From Candidatus Falkowbacteria bacterium RIFCSPLOWO2_12_FULL_45_13 (GTDB taxonomy: Bacteria; Patescibacteriota; Patescibacteriia; Patescibacteriales; GWC2-42-12): a stretch of DNA of 33,181 bases. The DNA is taken from NCBI GenBank assembly GCA_001778055.1, contig MFFY01000036.1, positions 1-33,181 of the forward strand, in the 5' to 3' direction. The notes beneath the pieces are model-generated. The model was not told the DNA's origin. It did not search any database and saw only the letters and a list, made by a program, of their open reading frames with translations. This document shows, piece after piece, positions 25,455 to 33,181 of the stretch; within the stretch, counting starts at the first letter, position 1, and each line of letters starts with the position of its first letter. Both the position numbers and the translations under genes were made by a program.

Positions 25455-26543
25455 TTATAAATTCTTACTTCTAACTTCTAACTTAACTTTTCTACCTCTC
25501 GCTTTAGTCGCGTAATAGCTAGCCAATAATGCCGCCAGGCTGATAATTTCTTCTCCGTTTTTTCCCTCGTCCATTTTTAATTCACTCATTTTCAACTCTT
25601 GGGGTACTTTTATTTCGCGCGTTTCATTCGTAATTTTTAATTCGTAATTTTTAATTCGTATTAAACTCGTCGGTCCGGCCGCCTCTGCCATATTGATTAA
25701 TATATCACCGGTCTGGACAAATCTCAATAAATTCTCATTGTCTTGTTGGTCCCGGCCCACTACCACCAGCGCCCTAGATCCGCCTTGGCGTCCCTTAGCG
25801 TCTTTTGACGTTTTCAGCGTCAGCCAATAAATCCTGCCGTGCTTTAAGAGCTCTATATCGTTACCAGAACATTCCGGCCAATATTCCATTAGTTTCATTA
25901 ATTTTTCGCTAAACACCGGATCGGTCAAAATACAGCCGCCGCCCGGGCTGGAATATTCCTTTATACCATACTTTTTTACCATTGCCAACTGGCGCTTTCT
26001 TCCCCGGCCGTTTAAATCCAAGAGCCGGCTCCTGTCCACCCTGCCGGTTTTTTCCAAATCCGATTCGTCCAATAATCTGGCCGAGAGCGGCCTGATCAGC
26101 CTGCCTTTAAGCCCGGCGATTTTCTCCACCAGCCGAAGCGCCTCCGGATTTTGCGACATGGGCCGCTCGCCCAAAACTTCGCCCGTGGCCACGAAGTCAT
26201 ATTCTCCGTTAACGTTCTCCCCCTTAGTAAAGGGGAGATTAAGAGGGGGGTTTTCTATTATCTCTCTAGCTTTTCCGAGCATCAGCGCGTGGCAATCAAC
26301 GCAGGGGTTCATGTTTTTGCCATAGCCGTATTGAGGATTTTTCACCATGGCCAGATGCTCTTCTGAAAAATCCATTTCAATTAATTTTACGCCTAATCGC
26401 TCGGCGACCTTTTTTGCCTTGGCCGTGCCAAAAAAATAACTCTTAAAAGACAGACCGGTAACTTCAACGCCCTGCTCCATTAAAAGCCTGGCCGCCAGCA
26501 TGGAATCCAGTCCGCCTGATAGTAAAATAAGAGCTTTAGTCAT
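25455..26543 (-). CDS. PP-loop tRNA-modifying enzyme (ThiI/MnmA-like thiouridylase family)
   Basis: LLSGGLDS PP-loop, YGYGKNMNPCVDC, TGEVLGERPMSQ, GGGCILTD. Confidence 0.85.
   Translation of the reverse strand: MTKALILLSGGLDSMLAARLLMEQGVEVTGLSFKSYFFGTAKAKKVAERLGVKLIEMDFSEEHLAMVKNPQYGYGKNMNPCVDCHALMLGKAREIIENPPLNLPFTKGENVNGEYDFVATGEVLGERPMSQNPEALRLVEKIAGLKGRLIRPLSARLLDESDLEKTGRVDRSRLLDLNGRGRKRQLAMVKKYGIKEYSSPGGGCILTDPVFSEKLMKLMEYWPECSGNDIELLKHGRIYWLTLKTSKDAKGRQGGSRALVVVGRDQQDNENLLRFVQTGDILINMAEAAGPTSLIRIKNYELKITNETREIKVPQELKMSELKMDEGKNGEEIISLAALLASYYATKARGRKVKLEVRSKNL
26215..26252. repeat. Family A element in frame in the tRNA-modifying enzyme
   Basis: TTCTCCCCCTTAGTAAAGGGGAGATTAAGAGGGGGGTT; encodes NPPLNLPFTKGEN. 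Confidence 0.8.
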
Positions 26544-29500
26544 ATTTTTATTCCCAACCTAACTTTTTCCCCGTTCACCTTCACCGCCTCGCCCCCAGCT
26601 TCGTTTTCCGTTATTTTCTCGCTCAAAGTATCCTTTTTCAATTCCCCGGCCGTTTCTTTAAAAACCTTTTTCACCATTTCCGAATCGCTGTGCCAGCTCA
26701 AAATTATCTTATCTTTTATGGTTAGACCGGCGTTTTTGCGCATATTATTAACCAAGCGCACGATTTCCCGCTTGAGGCCATCCAGTCTCAAGTCTTCGGT
26801 TATAGTCGTATCCAGCTCCGCCTTTATTTCGCCCTTGCCATTTTTGACCGTAACCTTTTTCACATTCAATTCATCTTTCAACAGTCCTTCATAGTCTTTC
26901 CCTAATTCATAATTTATAATTCTTAATTCACTAAGCATTTGCCTGACCTTAATGCCCGCTTCATCCCGCTTGGCCAATCCCAGTTCCACGACTTTCCTGA
27001 CTTTAGCCATCTCTGTCAAAACTCGCTCACCTCCTTTATCTGTGATCTGTGTTTTTGGCCAAGCCTCCAGATGCACGCTCCTATTTTTATCCTTAAAATC
27101 GAGCTCCGTAACTTTTTGCCAAATGGTTTCAGCCATGAAGGGCATGAACGGAGCCATAATCTTGGCCAGTTCGATCAAAACATGCTTAGTCACGGTCAGG
27201 GCATTATTTTTATCCGCTACGTCTTCGGACTTATACCGTTCGCGGCTACGCCGCAGATACCAGGTGGAGATATCGTTGATAAAATCGGTGATGGGCCGGG
27301 CGGCGCGCGGCAAATCATACTTATCCATACTTTCCGTGACTTCGCCTATCAATTGATTCAAGCGCGCCAAAATCCATTGGTCAAGGATGTTAACCCCCTC
27401 TTTTCCGCCAGAGGCGGATCCGCCTCTGGCGGAAATCTCCCTCTTAGTAAGGGTGAGAACCTCCCCCTCCTTAATAAGAAGGGGGTTGGGAGAGATGGCG
27501 TAAAGCTCGTAAAACTTAAAAACATTCCACAATAAAATGATATTTTTTCTTAAAGTGTTTTGGATATCAATTTCGGACAAACTCATGTCATCGCCGACCA
27601 TTATCGGGCTGGACATAAAATACATCCTGATGGCATCGCTGGTATATTTCTCCAGGGTGGCTTTGGGGTCGGGATAGTTGCCGTAGGATTTGCTCATCTT
27701 TCGTCCGTCGGTTCCGGCTAAAACGCCGGTAACGATAACATTCTTAAAAGCAACATTATTAAATAAAGAATTGGCCAAAACATGGAGATAATAAAACCAA
27801 CCCCGCAACTGTCCCGTATATTCAATGATGAAATCGGCCGGAAAAAGACGCTGCCATTCATCTTGACGGTTAAAGGGATAATGGAATTGGGCGAAGGGCA
27901 TGGCTCCGGATTCAAACCAGCAATCTAAAACTTCACGCACCCGTTTCATGGTGCCGCCACACTGAGTACATGTAAATTCAACCTCATCTATTGCCGGTTT
28001 ATGCAGATCAATAATTTTTTTTCCACTTAACCCTTCTAACTCTTTTATTGAACCAACAACCTTAATGTTATCACAAGGTTGATTATTTTTATATCCACTT
28101 TTGACTTTTGACTTTTGACTTTTGACTTCGGCCAAGCCGCTGCATTTCCAGACCGGAATCGGCGACCCCCAATAGCGGGAGCGCGACAGGCTCCAGTCCG
28201 GCGCTGATTTTAAATTATAGCGGAACCGGCCCGACTTAAAATGCTCGGGAATCCAATTTACCTTCTCCCCGTTCTTTAGGAGTTTTTCCCGTATCGCGGA
28301 AATCTTCAGATACCAGGCTTTCTGCGCCCGATATATGAGCGGCGTACCGCAACGATAACAAAACGGATAACTATGCGCATAAGCAAACGAGCTGAATAAT
28401 TTATCACCCAAATCGGCCAAAACTTTCGCGCCCGCTTTGGAAAAATAATGGCCAAACCAGGCCCCGGCGTTTTTGGTATAGATCCCGTTTTCATCCATTA
28501 AATCAACCACGGGTAAAGATTGTTTTTTCCCCAGTTCAAAATCATCCTCGCCGAAATTCGGGGCGATATGCACCACGCCGGTGCCTTCTTCAGTGCTGAC
28601 AAATTCCCCGCCGTATATCTTAAAAACGTTTTTATCTTCCGCAATCTGTTTATTGTTCAAATCAAAAATCGGTTCATAATTTAAATTTATCAAGTCCTTG
28701 CCGGCAAATTTTTTTATGATTTCATGCTTTTTATCTTTAAAAATATCCTTTACTTTCTCTTCGGCTATAATATAATACTCACCCGCAGATTCCACTTCCG
28801 CGTATTTTATCTTTTCTCCAACGGCTAAAGCCAAATTTCCCGGCAGGGTCCAAGGAGTGGTGGTCCAGGCCAGCAAATAAACGTTCTTGCCCCCCTTCAA
28901 AAGGGGGGTTGAGGGGGTTTTGCCTTTCAATTTGAACTTTACCACTACCGTGTTATCCGTGACGTCGCGGTAGGAGCCGGCATCCATGGTAATCTCAAAT
29001 TTGGACAAGGGCGTAGCGCAACGGGGGCAATGAAGAGAAGAGCGGTAACCTTCGTAAATCAAACCTTGATGATAAAGTTCTTTAAAAGCCCAGATGACGC
29101 TTTCCATATAGTTCAAATCCATGGTCCGATAAGCATGCTTCATATCCACCCACCGGCCGATCCGATTGATATACCATTGCCATTGCTCGCTACCCTGATC
29201 GACATAAATCCGACAGGCGTCAATAAATTTGTCCACGCCCAATTTTTCAATATCCTTTTTATTCCTTAACCCCAATTGTTTTTCCACCTGATTTTCCGCC
29301 GGCAAGCCGTGGCAGTCCCAGCCCCACACCCTTTCCACCCGGTAGCCTTTCATGGCCCAAAAACGCGGCACTACGTCTTTGGCGATACTAGGAAGCAATG
29401 TGGCGTAGTGCGGCAAGCCGGTTATGAACGGCGGCCCGTCGTAAAAAACATAATCTCTCTTTTTGCCCCCTTGATAAGATCCCCTCTCCTTACGAAGGAG

Positions 29501-29641
29501 AGGGTTAGGGCGAGGTTCTCCGGGGGGATTATTTACGCTTTTTTCAAAAATTTTATTCTTTTCCCAAAAATCCAAAACCTGCTCTTCCATTTTAGGAAAA
29601 GGATTGGTTGACTGCTTCGAATCTGATTTTTTATCAATCAT
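26540..29641 (-). CDS. ileS: Isoleucine--tRNA ligase (type 2) with several repeat-derived insertions
   Basis: FYDGPPF..GLPHYAT, GWDCHGLPAE, WTTTPWTLPGN, EEGTGVVHIAP, DWSLSRSRYWG, KMSKS; lacks the C-terminal Zn finger of type 1. Confidence 0.97.
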   Translation of the reverse strand: MIDKKSDSKQSTNPFPKMEEQVLDFWEKNKIFEKSVNNPPGEPRPNPLLRKERGSYQGGKKRDYVFYDGPPFITGLPHYATLLPSIAKDVVPRFWAMKGYRVERVWGWDCHGLPAENQVEKQLGLRNKKDIEKLGVDKFIDACRIYVDQGSEQWQWYINRIGRWVDMKHAYRTMDLNYMESVIWAFKELYHQGLIYEGYRSSLHCPRCATPLSKFEITMDAGSYRDVTDNTVVVKFKLKGKTPSTPLLKGGKNVYLLAWTTTPWTLPGNLALAVGEKIKYAEVESAGEYYIIAEEKVKDIFKDKKHEIIKKFAGKDLINLNYEPIFDLNNKQIAEDKNVFKIYGGEFVSTEEGTGVVHIAPNFGEDDFELGKKQSLPVVDLMDENGIYTKNAGAWFGHYFSKAGAKVLADLGDKLFSSFAYAHSYPFCYRCGTPLIYRAQKAWYLKISAIREKLLKNGEKVNWIPEHFKSGRFRYNLKSAPDWSLSRSRYWGSPIPVWKCSGLAEVKSQKSKVKSGYKNNQPCDNIKVVGSIKELEGLSGKKIIDLHKPAIDEVEFTCTQCGGTMKRVREVLDCWFESGAMPFAQFHYPFNRQDEWQRLFPADFIIEYTGQLRGWFYYLHVLANSLFNNVAFKNVIVTGVLAGTDGRKMSKSYGNYPDPKATLEKYTSDAIRMYFMSSPIMVGDDMSLSEIDIQNTLRKNIILLWNVFKFYELYAISPNPLLIKEGEVLTLTKREISARGGSASGGKEGVNILDQWILARLNQLIGEVTESMDKYDLPRAARPITDFINDISTWYLRRSRERYKSEDVADKNNALTVTKHVLIELAKIMAPFMPFMAETIWQKVTELDFKDKNRSVHLEAWPKTQITDKGGERVLTEMAKVRKVVELGLAKRDEAGIKVRQMLSELRIINYELGKDYEGLLKDELNVKKVTVKNGKGEIKAELDTTITEDLRLDGLKREIVRLVNNMRKNAGLTIKDKIILSWHSDSEMVKKVFKETAGELKKDTLSEKITENEAGGEAVKVNGEKVRLGIKI
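27392..27496. repeat. Cluster of three palindromic elements in frame in ileS
   Basis: Family A element (27392-27460) interrupted by the 34-bp perfect palindrome TTTCCGCCAGAGGCGGA|TCCGCCTCTGGCGGAAA (27402-27435), followed by an opposite-orientation family A copy (27463-27496). Confidence 0.85.
28097..28128. repeat. (ACTTTTG) x4.5 heptamer array in frame in ileS
   Basis: Exact repeats; encodes VKSQKSKVKS between the Cys residues of a Zn-knuckle region. Confidence 0.9.
28890..28920. repeat. Family A element in frame in ileS
   Basis: CCCCCCTTCAAAAGGGGGGTTGAGGGGGTTT; encodes KTPSTPLLKGG. Confidence 0.8.
29466..29530. repeat. Nested family A elements near the ileS N-terminus
   Basis: Inner CCCTCTCCTTACGAAGGAGAGGGTTAGGGCGAGG within outer CCCCCTTGATAA...GGGGGGATT. 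Confidence 0.8.
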
Positions 29642-29687
29642 AAATTTTCCGCTAACTTAGCGTTCAATTTTCTCTGTATTATTAATT

Positions 29688-29716
29688 ATTTTAGCCCAAA
29701 TTAAACTAAATGTCAA
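29688..29716 (-). promoter_or_regulatory. Sigma70 promoter for the ileS operon
   Basis: Minus strand TTGACA-17 nt-TAAAAT. Confidence 0.7.
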
Positions 29717-29913
29717 AAATTTTTTAAAATAAATCCTGCCACGGGCGCCCCTTGATAAAGAAGCCGGGCCGGACTATCATTAATATTAACCGCGTTAATT
29801 TATAACCTACAAAAGAGCGGGGCTAAAATCGCGCGCTTACAATTATTCAAACCCACCCACGGCGGCTGCCCTTAAAACTAAGCCAGGATCGGCAAAATGA
29901 TTTTTATTATTCT

Positions 29914-31770
29914 ATGCCCAAATTCATACTAAAAAGTAAGTTCAAGCCCGCCGGCGATCAGCCCGAGGCTATCGCCAAATTGGTGGACGGCTTAAAAAAA
30001 GGCTATCGCGACCAAACGCTCTTGGGCGTAACCGGCTCGGGCAAAACTTTCACCATGGCCGGCATTATTGAAAAAATTCAAAAGCCGACACTGGTGATTT
30101 CCCATAATAAAACCCTGGCCGCCCAGCTCTACGGCGAGTTCAAGCAATTTTTTCCGGGCAACGCCGTGCATTACTTTGTTTCCTATTACGACTACTACCA
30201 GCCCGAAGCCTATATCCCGCAAACCGACACCTATATTGAAAAAGAAACCGCCATCAACGAAGAAATAGACCGCCTGCGCCATGCCGCCACCCAATCCTTG
30301 CTTTACCGCCGGGATGTTTTAATCGTGGCCAGCGTTTCCTGCATCTACGGGCTGGGCGAAAAAGCGGATTACCAGGCCATGGGTAAAACCTTCCGGGTCG
30401 GCCAAAAAATAAAAAGAAATCAGCTGCTAAGAGAACTGGTCGCCATTCAATACGCGCGCGACGAAACCGAATTCAAGCGCGGCAATTTCCGCGTCCGAGG
30501 CGAAAATATTGATATTCATCTGGCCACCGGCGAAGCCGTGGCGCGGATTGTCCTGTTCGGCGATCTGGTGGATAAAATCAAAATCTACGCCATCCGGCCG
30601 GGGCTGGACGCTCCCTCCTGGTCGCTCGATTCCCGCCGCCTGGAGGCCGAGACGCTCTCGGAAATCATCATTCTGCCGGCCAAACACTTTATCACGCCGC
30701 CAGAAAAAATGGTGCGGGCGCTAAAAAATATCCGCCAAGAATTAAAATCCAGGCTTAAAGAACTAAAAAAACTCGGCCAAGAGGTTGAGGCTTACCGGCT
30801 GGAGAAAAAAACCAATTACGATCTGGAAATGATGGCGGAGGTGGGCTACTGCAATGGCATAGAAAATTACTCCCGTCATTTAACCGGCCGCGCCGCCGGC
30901 GAGCCACCGGAAACTTTGATTGATTTTTTTCCTTCGCCGCGCCGTAGCTTTAGCGAAGGCGAGCCCAAAGATTATCTCTTGCTGATAGACGAGTCGCACG
31001 TCACTCTGCCGCAAATCCGCGGCATGCACGCCGGCGACCAGTCGCGCAAGCAAACCCTGATTGACTTCGGTTTCCGCCTGCCCAGCGCCCGCGACAACCG
31101 GCCATTAAACTTCGAAGAGTTCAACGGCAAAGTAAAACAAGTAATCTACACGAGCGCCACGCCGGCCGATTATGAAATCAAAAATTCAAAACAAGTGGTG
31201 GAGCAGCTGGTCAGACCGACCGGCCTCCTAGACCCGGAAATAGAAGTCAGGCCCAACCCCGGGCAAATTCAGGACTTAATCAAAGAAATAAAGACGAGAA
31301 TCGACCATGGCCAGCGCACCCTGGTGACGACCCTGACCAAGCGCATGGCCGAGGAACTGACCAGCTACCTTGCCGAACAGAAAATCAAAGTGCAATATTT
31401 GCATAGCGAGGTGGAAACTTTAGAGCGGGTTGATATTTTGCGCGACTTGCGCTTAGGCAAGTATGACGTCTTAGTGGGCATCAATCTCCTGCGCGAAGGC
31501 CTGGACTTGCCTGAAGTTTCGCTGGTCGCCATTTTAGACGCGGACCTGTCCGGCTTTTTGCGCACCGGAACCTCTTTAATCCAAACCATGGGCCGCGCCG
31601 CCCGCCATTTAGAAGGCAAGGTCATTATGTACGCGGATAAAATCACTCCGGCCATGCGCTATACCATTAACGAAACCAAGCGCCGCCGAACAGTTCAGGC
31701 ATCATACAACAAAAAGCACGGCATCACGCCGCGACAAATTACGGCAAAATTTCACGAGAGTATGATATAA
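29914..31770 (+). CDS. uvrB: Excinuclease ABC subunit B; C-terminal UVR domain apparently absent
   Basis: [51 protein letters not shown]. Confidence 0.97.
   Translation: MPKFILKSKFKPAGDQPEAIAKLVDGLKKGYRDQTLLGVTGSGKTFTMAGIIEKIQKPTLVISHNKTLAAQLYGEFKQFFPGNAVHYFVSYYDYYQPEAYIPQTDTYIEKETAINEEIDRLRHAATQSLLYRRDVLIVASVSCIYGLGEKADYQAMGKTFRVGQKIKRNQLLRELVAIQYARDETEFKRGNFRVRGENIDIHLATGEAVARIVLFGDLVDKIKIYAIRPGLDAPSWSLDSRRLEAETLSEIIILPAKHFITPPEKMVRALKNIRQELKSRLKELKKLGQEVEAYRLEKKTNYDLEMMAEVGYCNGIENYSRHLTGRAAGEPPETLIDFFPSPRRSFSEGEPKDYLLLIDESHVTLPQIRGMHAGDQSRKQTLIDFGFRLPSARDNRPLNFEEFNGKVKQVIYTSATPADYEIKNSKQVVEQLVRPTGLLDPEIEVRPNPGQIQDLIKEIKTRIDHGQRTLVTTLTKRMAEELTSYLAEQKIKVQYLHSEVETLERVDILRDLRLGKYDVLVGINLLREGLDLPEVSLVAILDADLSGFLRTGTSLIQTMGRAARHLEGKVIMYADKITPAMRYTINETKRRRTVQASYNKKHGITPRQITAKFHESMI
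30931..30963 (+). repeat. Family B element in frame in uvrB
   Basis: CCTTCGCCGCGCCGTAGCTTTAGCGAAGGCGAG adds about 11 aa ([11 protein letters not shown]) in the normally compact DYFP-x-DFLL-x-IDESH segment. Confidence 0.7.
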
Positions 31771-31771
31771 A

Positions 31772-31804
31772 CCCTTCCCTAACAAGGGAGGGTGGGGATG
31801 GGTT
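31772..31804. repeat. Family A element immediately after the uvrB stop
   Basis: CCCTTCCCTAACAAGGGAGGGTGGGGATGGGTT. Confidence 0.7.
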
Positions 31805-31847
31805 ATTCTTCGCCCACCAAATATTTTTGAAAAAAATCCAAATTTTT

Positions 31848-32339
31848 CTATAAAAATGTCTTTATCATCTCTTTCTTCCAACCGCCGGATTGTTTAAGCG
31901 CTTGGCGAAAAATTGAGCGCTTAAAAATTTTTTCCATTTGAACTTTATTACCGGTTCGCGCGTAAATAATTTTTAAATTTTTTACTAAATTCAACTCCTC
32001 TCTTAGTTCAGCCGGATTTTTTATTTTTTTAATAAACTTAACATAGCCCTGTCCATATTGGGCCAGGGTTTTGCAATTTAAAAAATTTTGCGGCCCAAAA
32101 AATTTTTTATCCCTGACGTTGCCTCGGTATAAGTCGGCCGTAAATTCGCCCGGCCTTTCTTTTTTAAGCAAATTAAACAAGCGGCAGTTGGCGCAATCGT
32201 TCTGGCAACGGCGCACATCGCCGGTATCATAAACAAAGCGCCAGCCGCGCCAGTCGTCGGCGATAACGAAAATAAAATCGCCGTATTTTTTCTCTAATTG
32301 CTTAAATTTTCTTTGAGCTTGTTTTATGATTAAATTCAT
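31848..32339 (-). CDS. Hypothetical basic protein with a CxxxCxxC motif
   Basis: Start placed at ATG 32339 (MNLIIKQ) to avoid overlap with the upstream gene; contains CQNDCANC. Confidence 0.65.
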   Translation of the reverse strand: MNLIIKQAQRKFKQLEKKYGDFIFVIADDWRGWRFVYDTGDVRRCQNDCANCRLFNLLKKERPGEFTADLYRGNVRDKKFFGPQNFLNCKTLAQYGQGYVKFIKKIKNPAELREELNLVKNLKIIYARTGNKVQMEKIFKRSIFRQALKQSGGWKKEMIKTFL

Positions 32340-32345
32340 AAATTT

Positions 32346-32387
32346 AAAAAAGGGGGCTGGAAACGTTTTTTTTTTCGTTCCCAGCCC
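32346..32387 (-). terminator. Intrinsic terminator after the radical SAM/SPASM gene
   Basis: GGGCTGGAAACG / CGTTCCCAGCCC stem with a U-tract on the minus strand. Confidence 0.6.
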
Positions 32388-32392
32388 GTTGA

Positions 32393-33181
32393 TTAATGCC
32401 CGACACTTTCCCAGACTTTTACGCCCGGTCCCAGGGTCTTTTCCCCTAACGCCAGCAATTCTTCGCGCCCTGGCCAGTCGTGAAGATAGCAAAGCGGGTA
32501 AGAATCGGCTACCAGGCCCAGGGTTTCCCGTAAGGCCGTACAGCCGCCTAAGCAATTTTGCCAAAACTGGCAAGTCGCGCAAGGTCCGCTCTTGATGTTT
32601 CTTTGCTCGCAGCTTAGGCGGCGCGCCAAGAGGTCAGGGTGAGAAAAAACCGCCTCGGGTAAGTCCGTAAGCAGGTTAAGCTGCCGCCCGCTTTCATCCA
32701 GGAGCGGTTTGCCGCTGGTGCAGAGCCCGACCCGGCCGTCCCGCTCGGTTAGGAGCGCGCCTTGCTTAAAGGAAACGCAGCCCGTGCCCACGCCCGACGC
32801 GTTGCGGCCGGTTAGGTGCGGCATCATGGCCGTGTAAGCCGGGATGCCGTGGCGCTGGTTAATTTCTTGCACTGCCTGAACGCAGGCCCGAATCTGCTTT
32901 TTGGCCGGAAAAAGTTCCAGCCATTGGCGCAGGGCGCGAACGCCGCCAGCGAACGGGCAGGTGGGGATTTCCAGGTCTACGAAGAAGCCCATCTCTAACC
33001 CTACTTCATAGACTTGGGGCGCCAACTCAATGTTGGTTCTTCGAACCAGGTTCTCCACGCCGATTTTCCCCTTAGCGAAACCAGCCGCCAGCAGATTTTT
33101 TAGCCCCTGCCACATCTCGGTAACCTCCTTGGGCGGCGCGCCGATCAGCCTGGCTTGAAATTTGGCCTGTTCCGGGTCAAG
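32393..33181 (-). CDS. Radical SAM protein with SPASM domain (5' part outside the window)
   Basis: Frame open to the window edge; SPASM-type Cys pattern C..DGRVGLC..CATCQFWQNCLGGC..PLC. Confidence 0.8.
   Translation of the reverse strand, partial: LDPEQAKFQARLIGAPPKEVTEMWQGLKNLLAAGFAKGKIGVENLVRRTNIELAPQVYEVGLEMGFFVDLEIPTCPFAGGVRALRQWLELFPAKKQIRACVQAVQEINQRHGIPAYTAMMPHLTGRNASGVGTGCVSFKQGALLTERDGRVGLCTSGKPLLDESGRQLNLLTDLPEAVFSHPDLLARRLSCEQRNIKSGPCATCQFWQNCLGGCTALRETLGLVADSYPLCYLHDWPGREELLALGEKTLGPGVKVWESVGH

Noticed and set aside
25783-25822. 9-10 bp degenerate repeats in the tRNA-modifying enzyme (TLKTSKDAKGRQG)
   Set aside because: Probably another repeat-derived insert, but too degenerate to delimit without an ortholog alignment.
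26540-29641. Inteins or self-splicing introns as the explanation for the IleRS insertions
   Set aside because: Inserts are only about 10-35 aa, lack intein terminal motifs and are too short for group I/II intron cores.
32340-32582. N-terminal extension of the 31848 ORF
   Set aside because: Overlaps the radical SAM gene and its terminator; ATG 32339 is more plausible.

Overview
Bacterial chromosomal segment, mostly minus-strand. Gene content (short ProRS, type-2 IleRS, translin-like protein, PilB/GspE, NIF3, many orphan membrane proteins) suggests a Patescibacteria/CPR (Parcubacteria-like) genome; this is inference only. Recognisable genes: ftsH, rpsA, two radical SAM proteins, an ABC-2 exporter, an unusual FtsK-family/receiver-domain fusion, proS, an AmmeMemoRadiSam B+A fusion, suhB, a phosphoesterase, an amino-acid permease, pilB/gspE, NIF3, a REP-associated tyrosine transposase (RAYT-like), htpX, lemA, a tRNA-modifying PP-loop enzyme, ileS and uvrB. 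No rRNA, tRNA or CRISPR array was seen. The most striking signal is a dense set of tiny repeat elements: GTAG-REP hairpins, CCCCTCCTT/AAGGAGGGG hairpins with G-rich tails, a TCCGCC..GGCGGA palindrome, CCTGCCTGCCGGCAGGCAGG, and heptamer tandem arrays. They occur between genes and also in frame inside conserved proteins (IleRS, RpsA, UvrB, AmrB/A, the phosphoesterase, the tRNA enzyme and the RAYT itself), sometimes nested inside one another. There are also two MITE-like elements and three long, loop-less perfect palindromes at gene ends.
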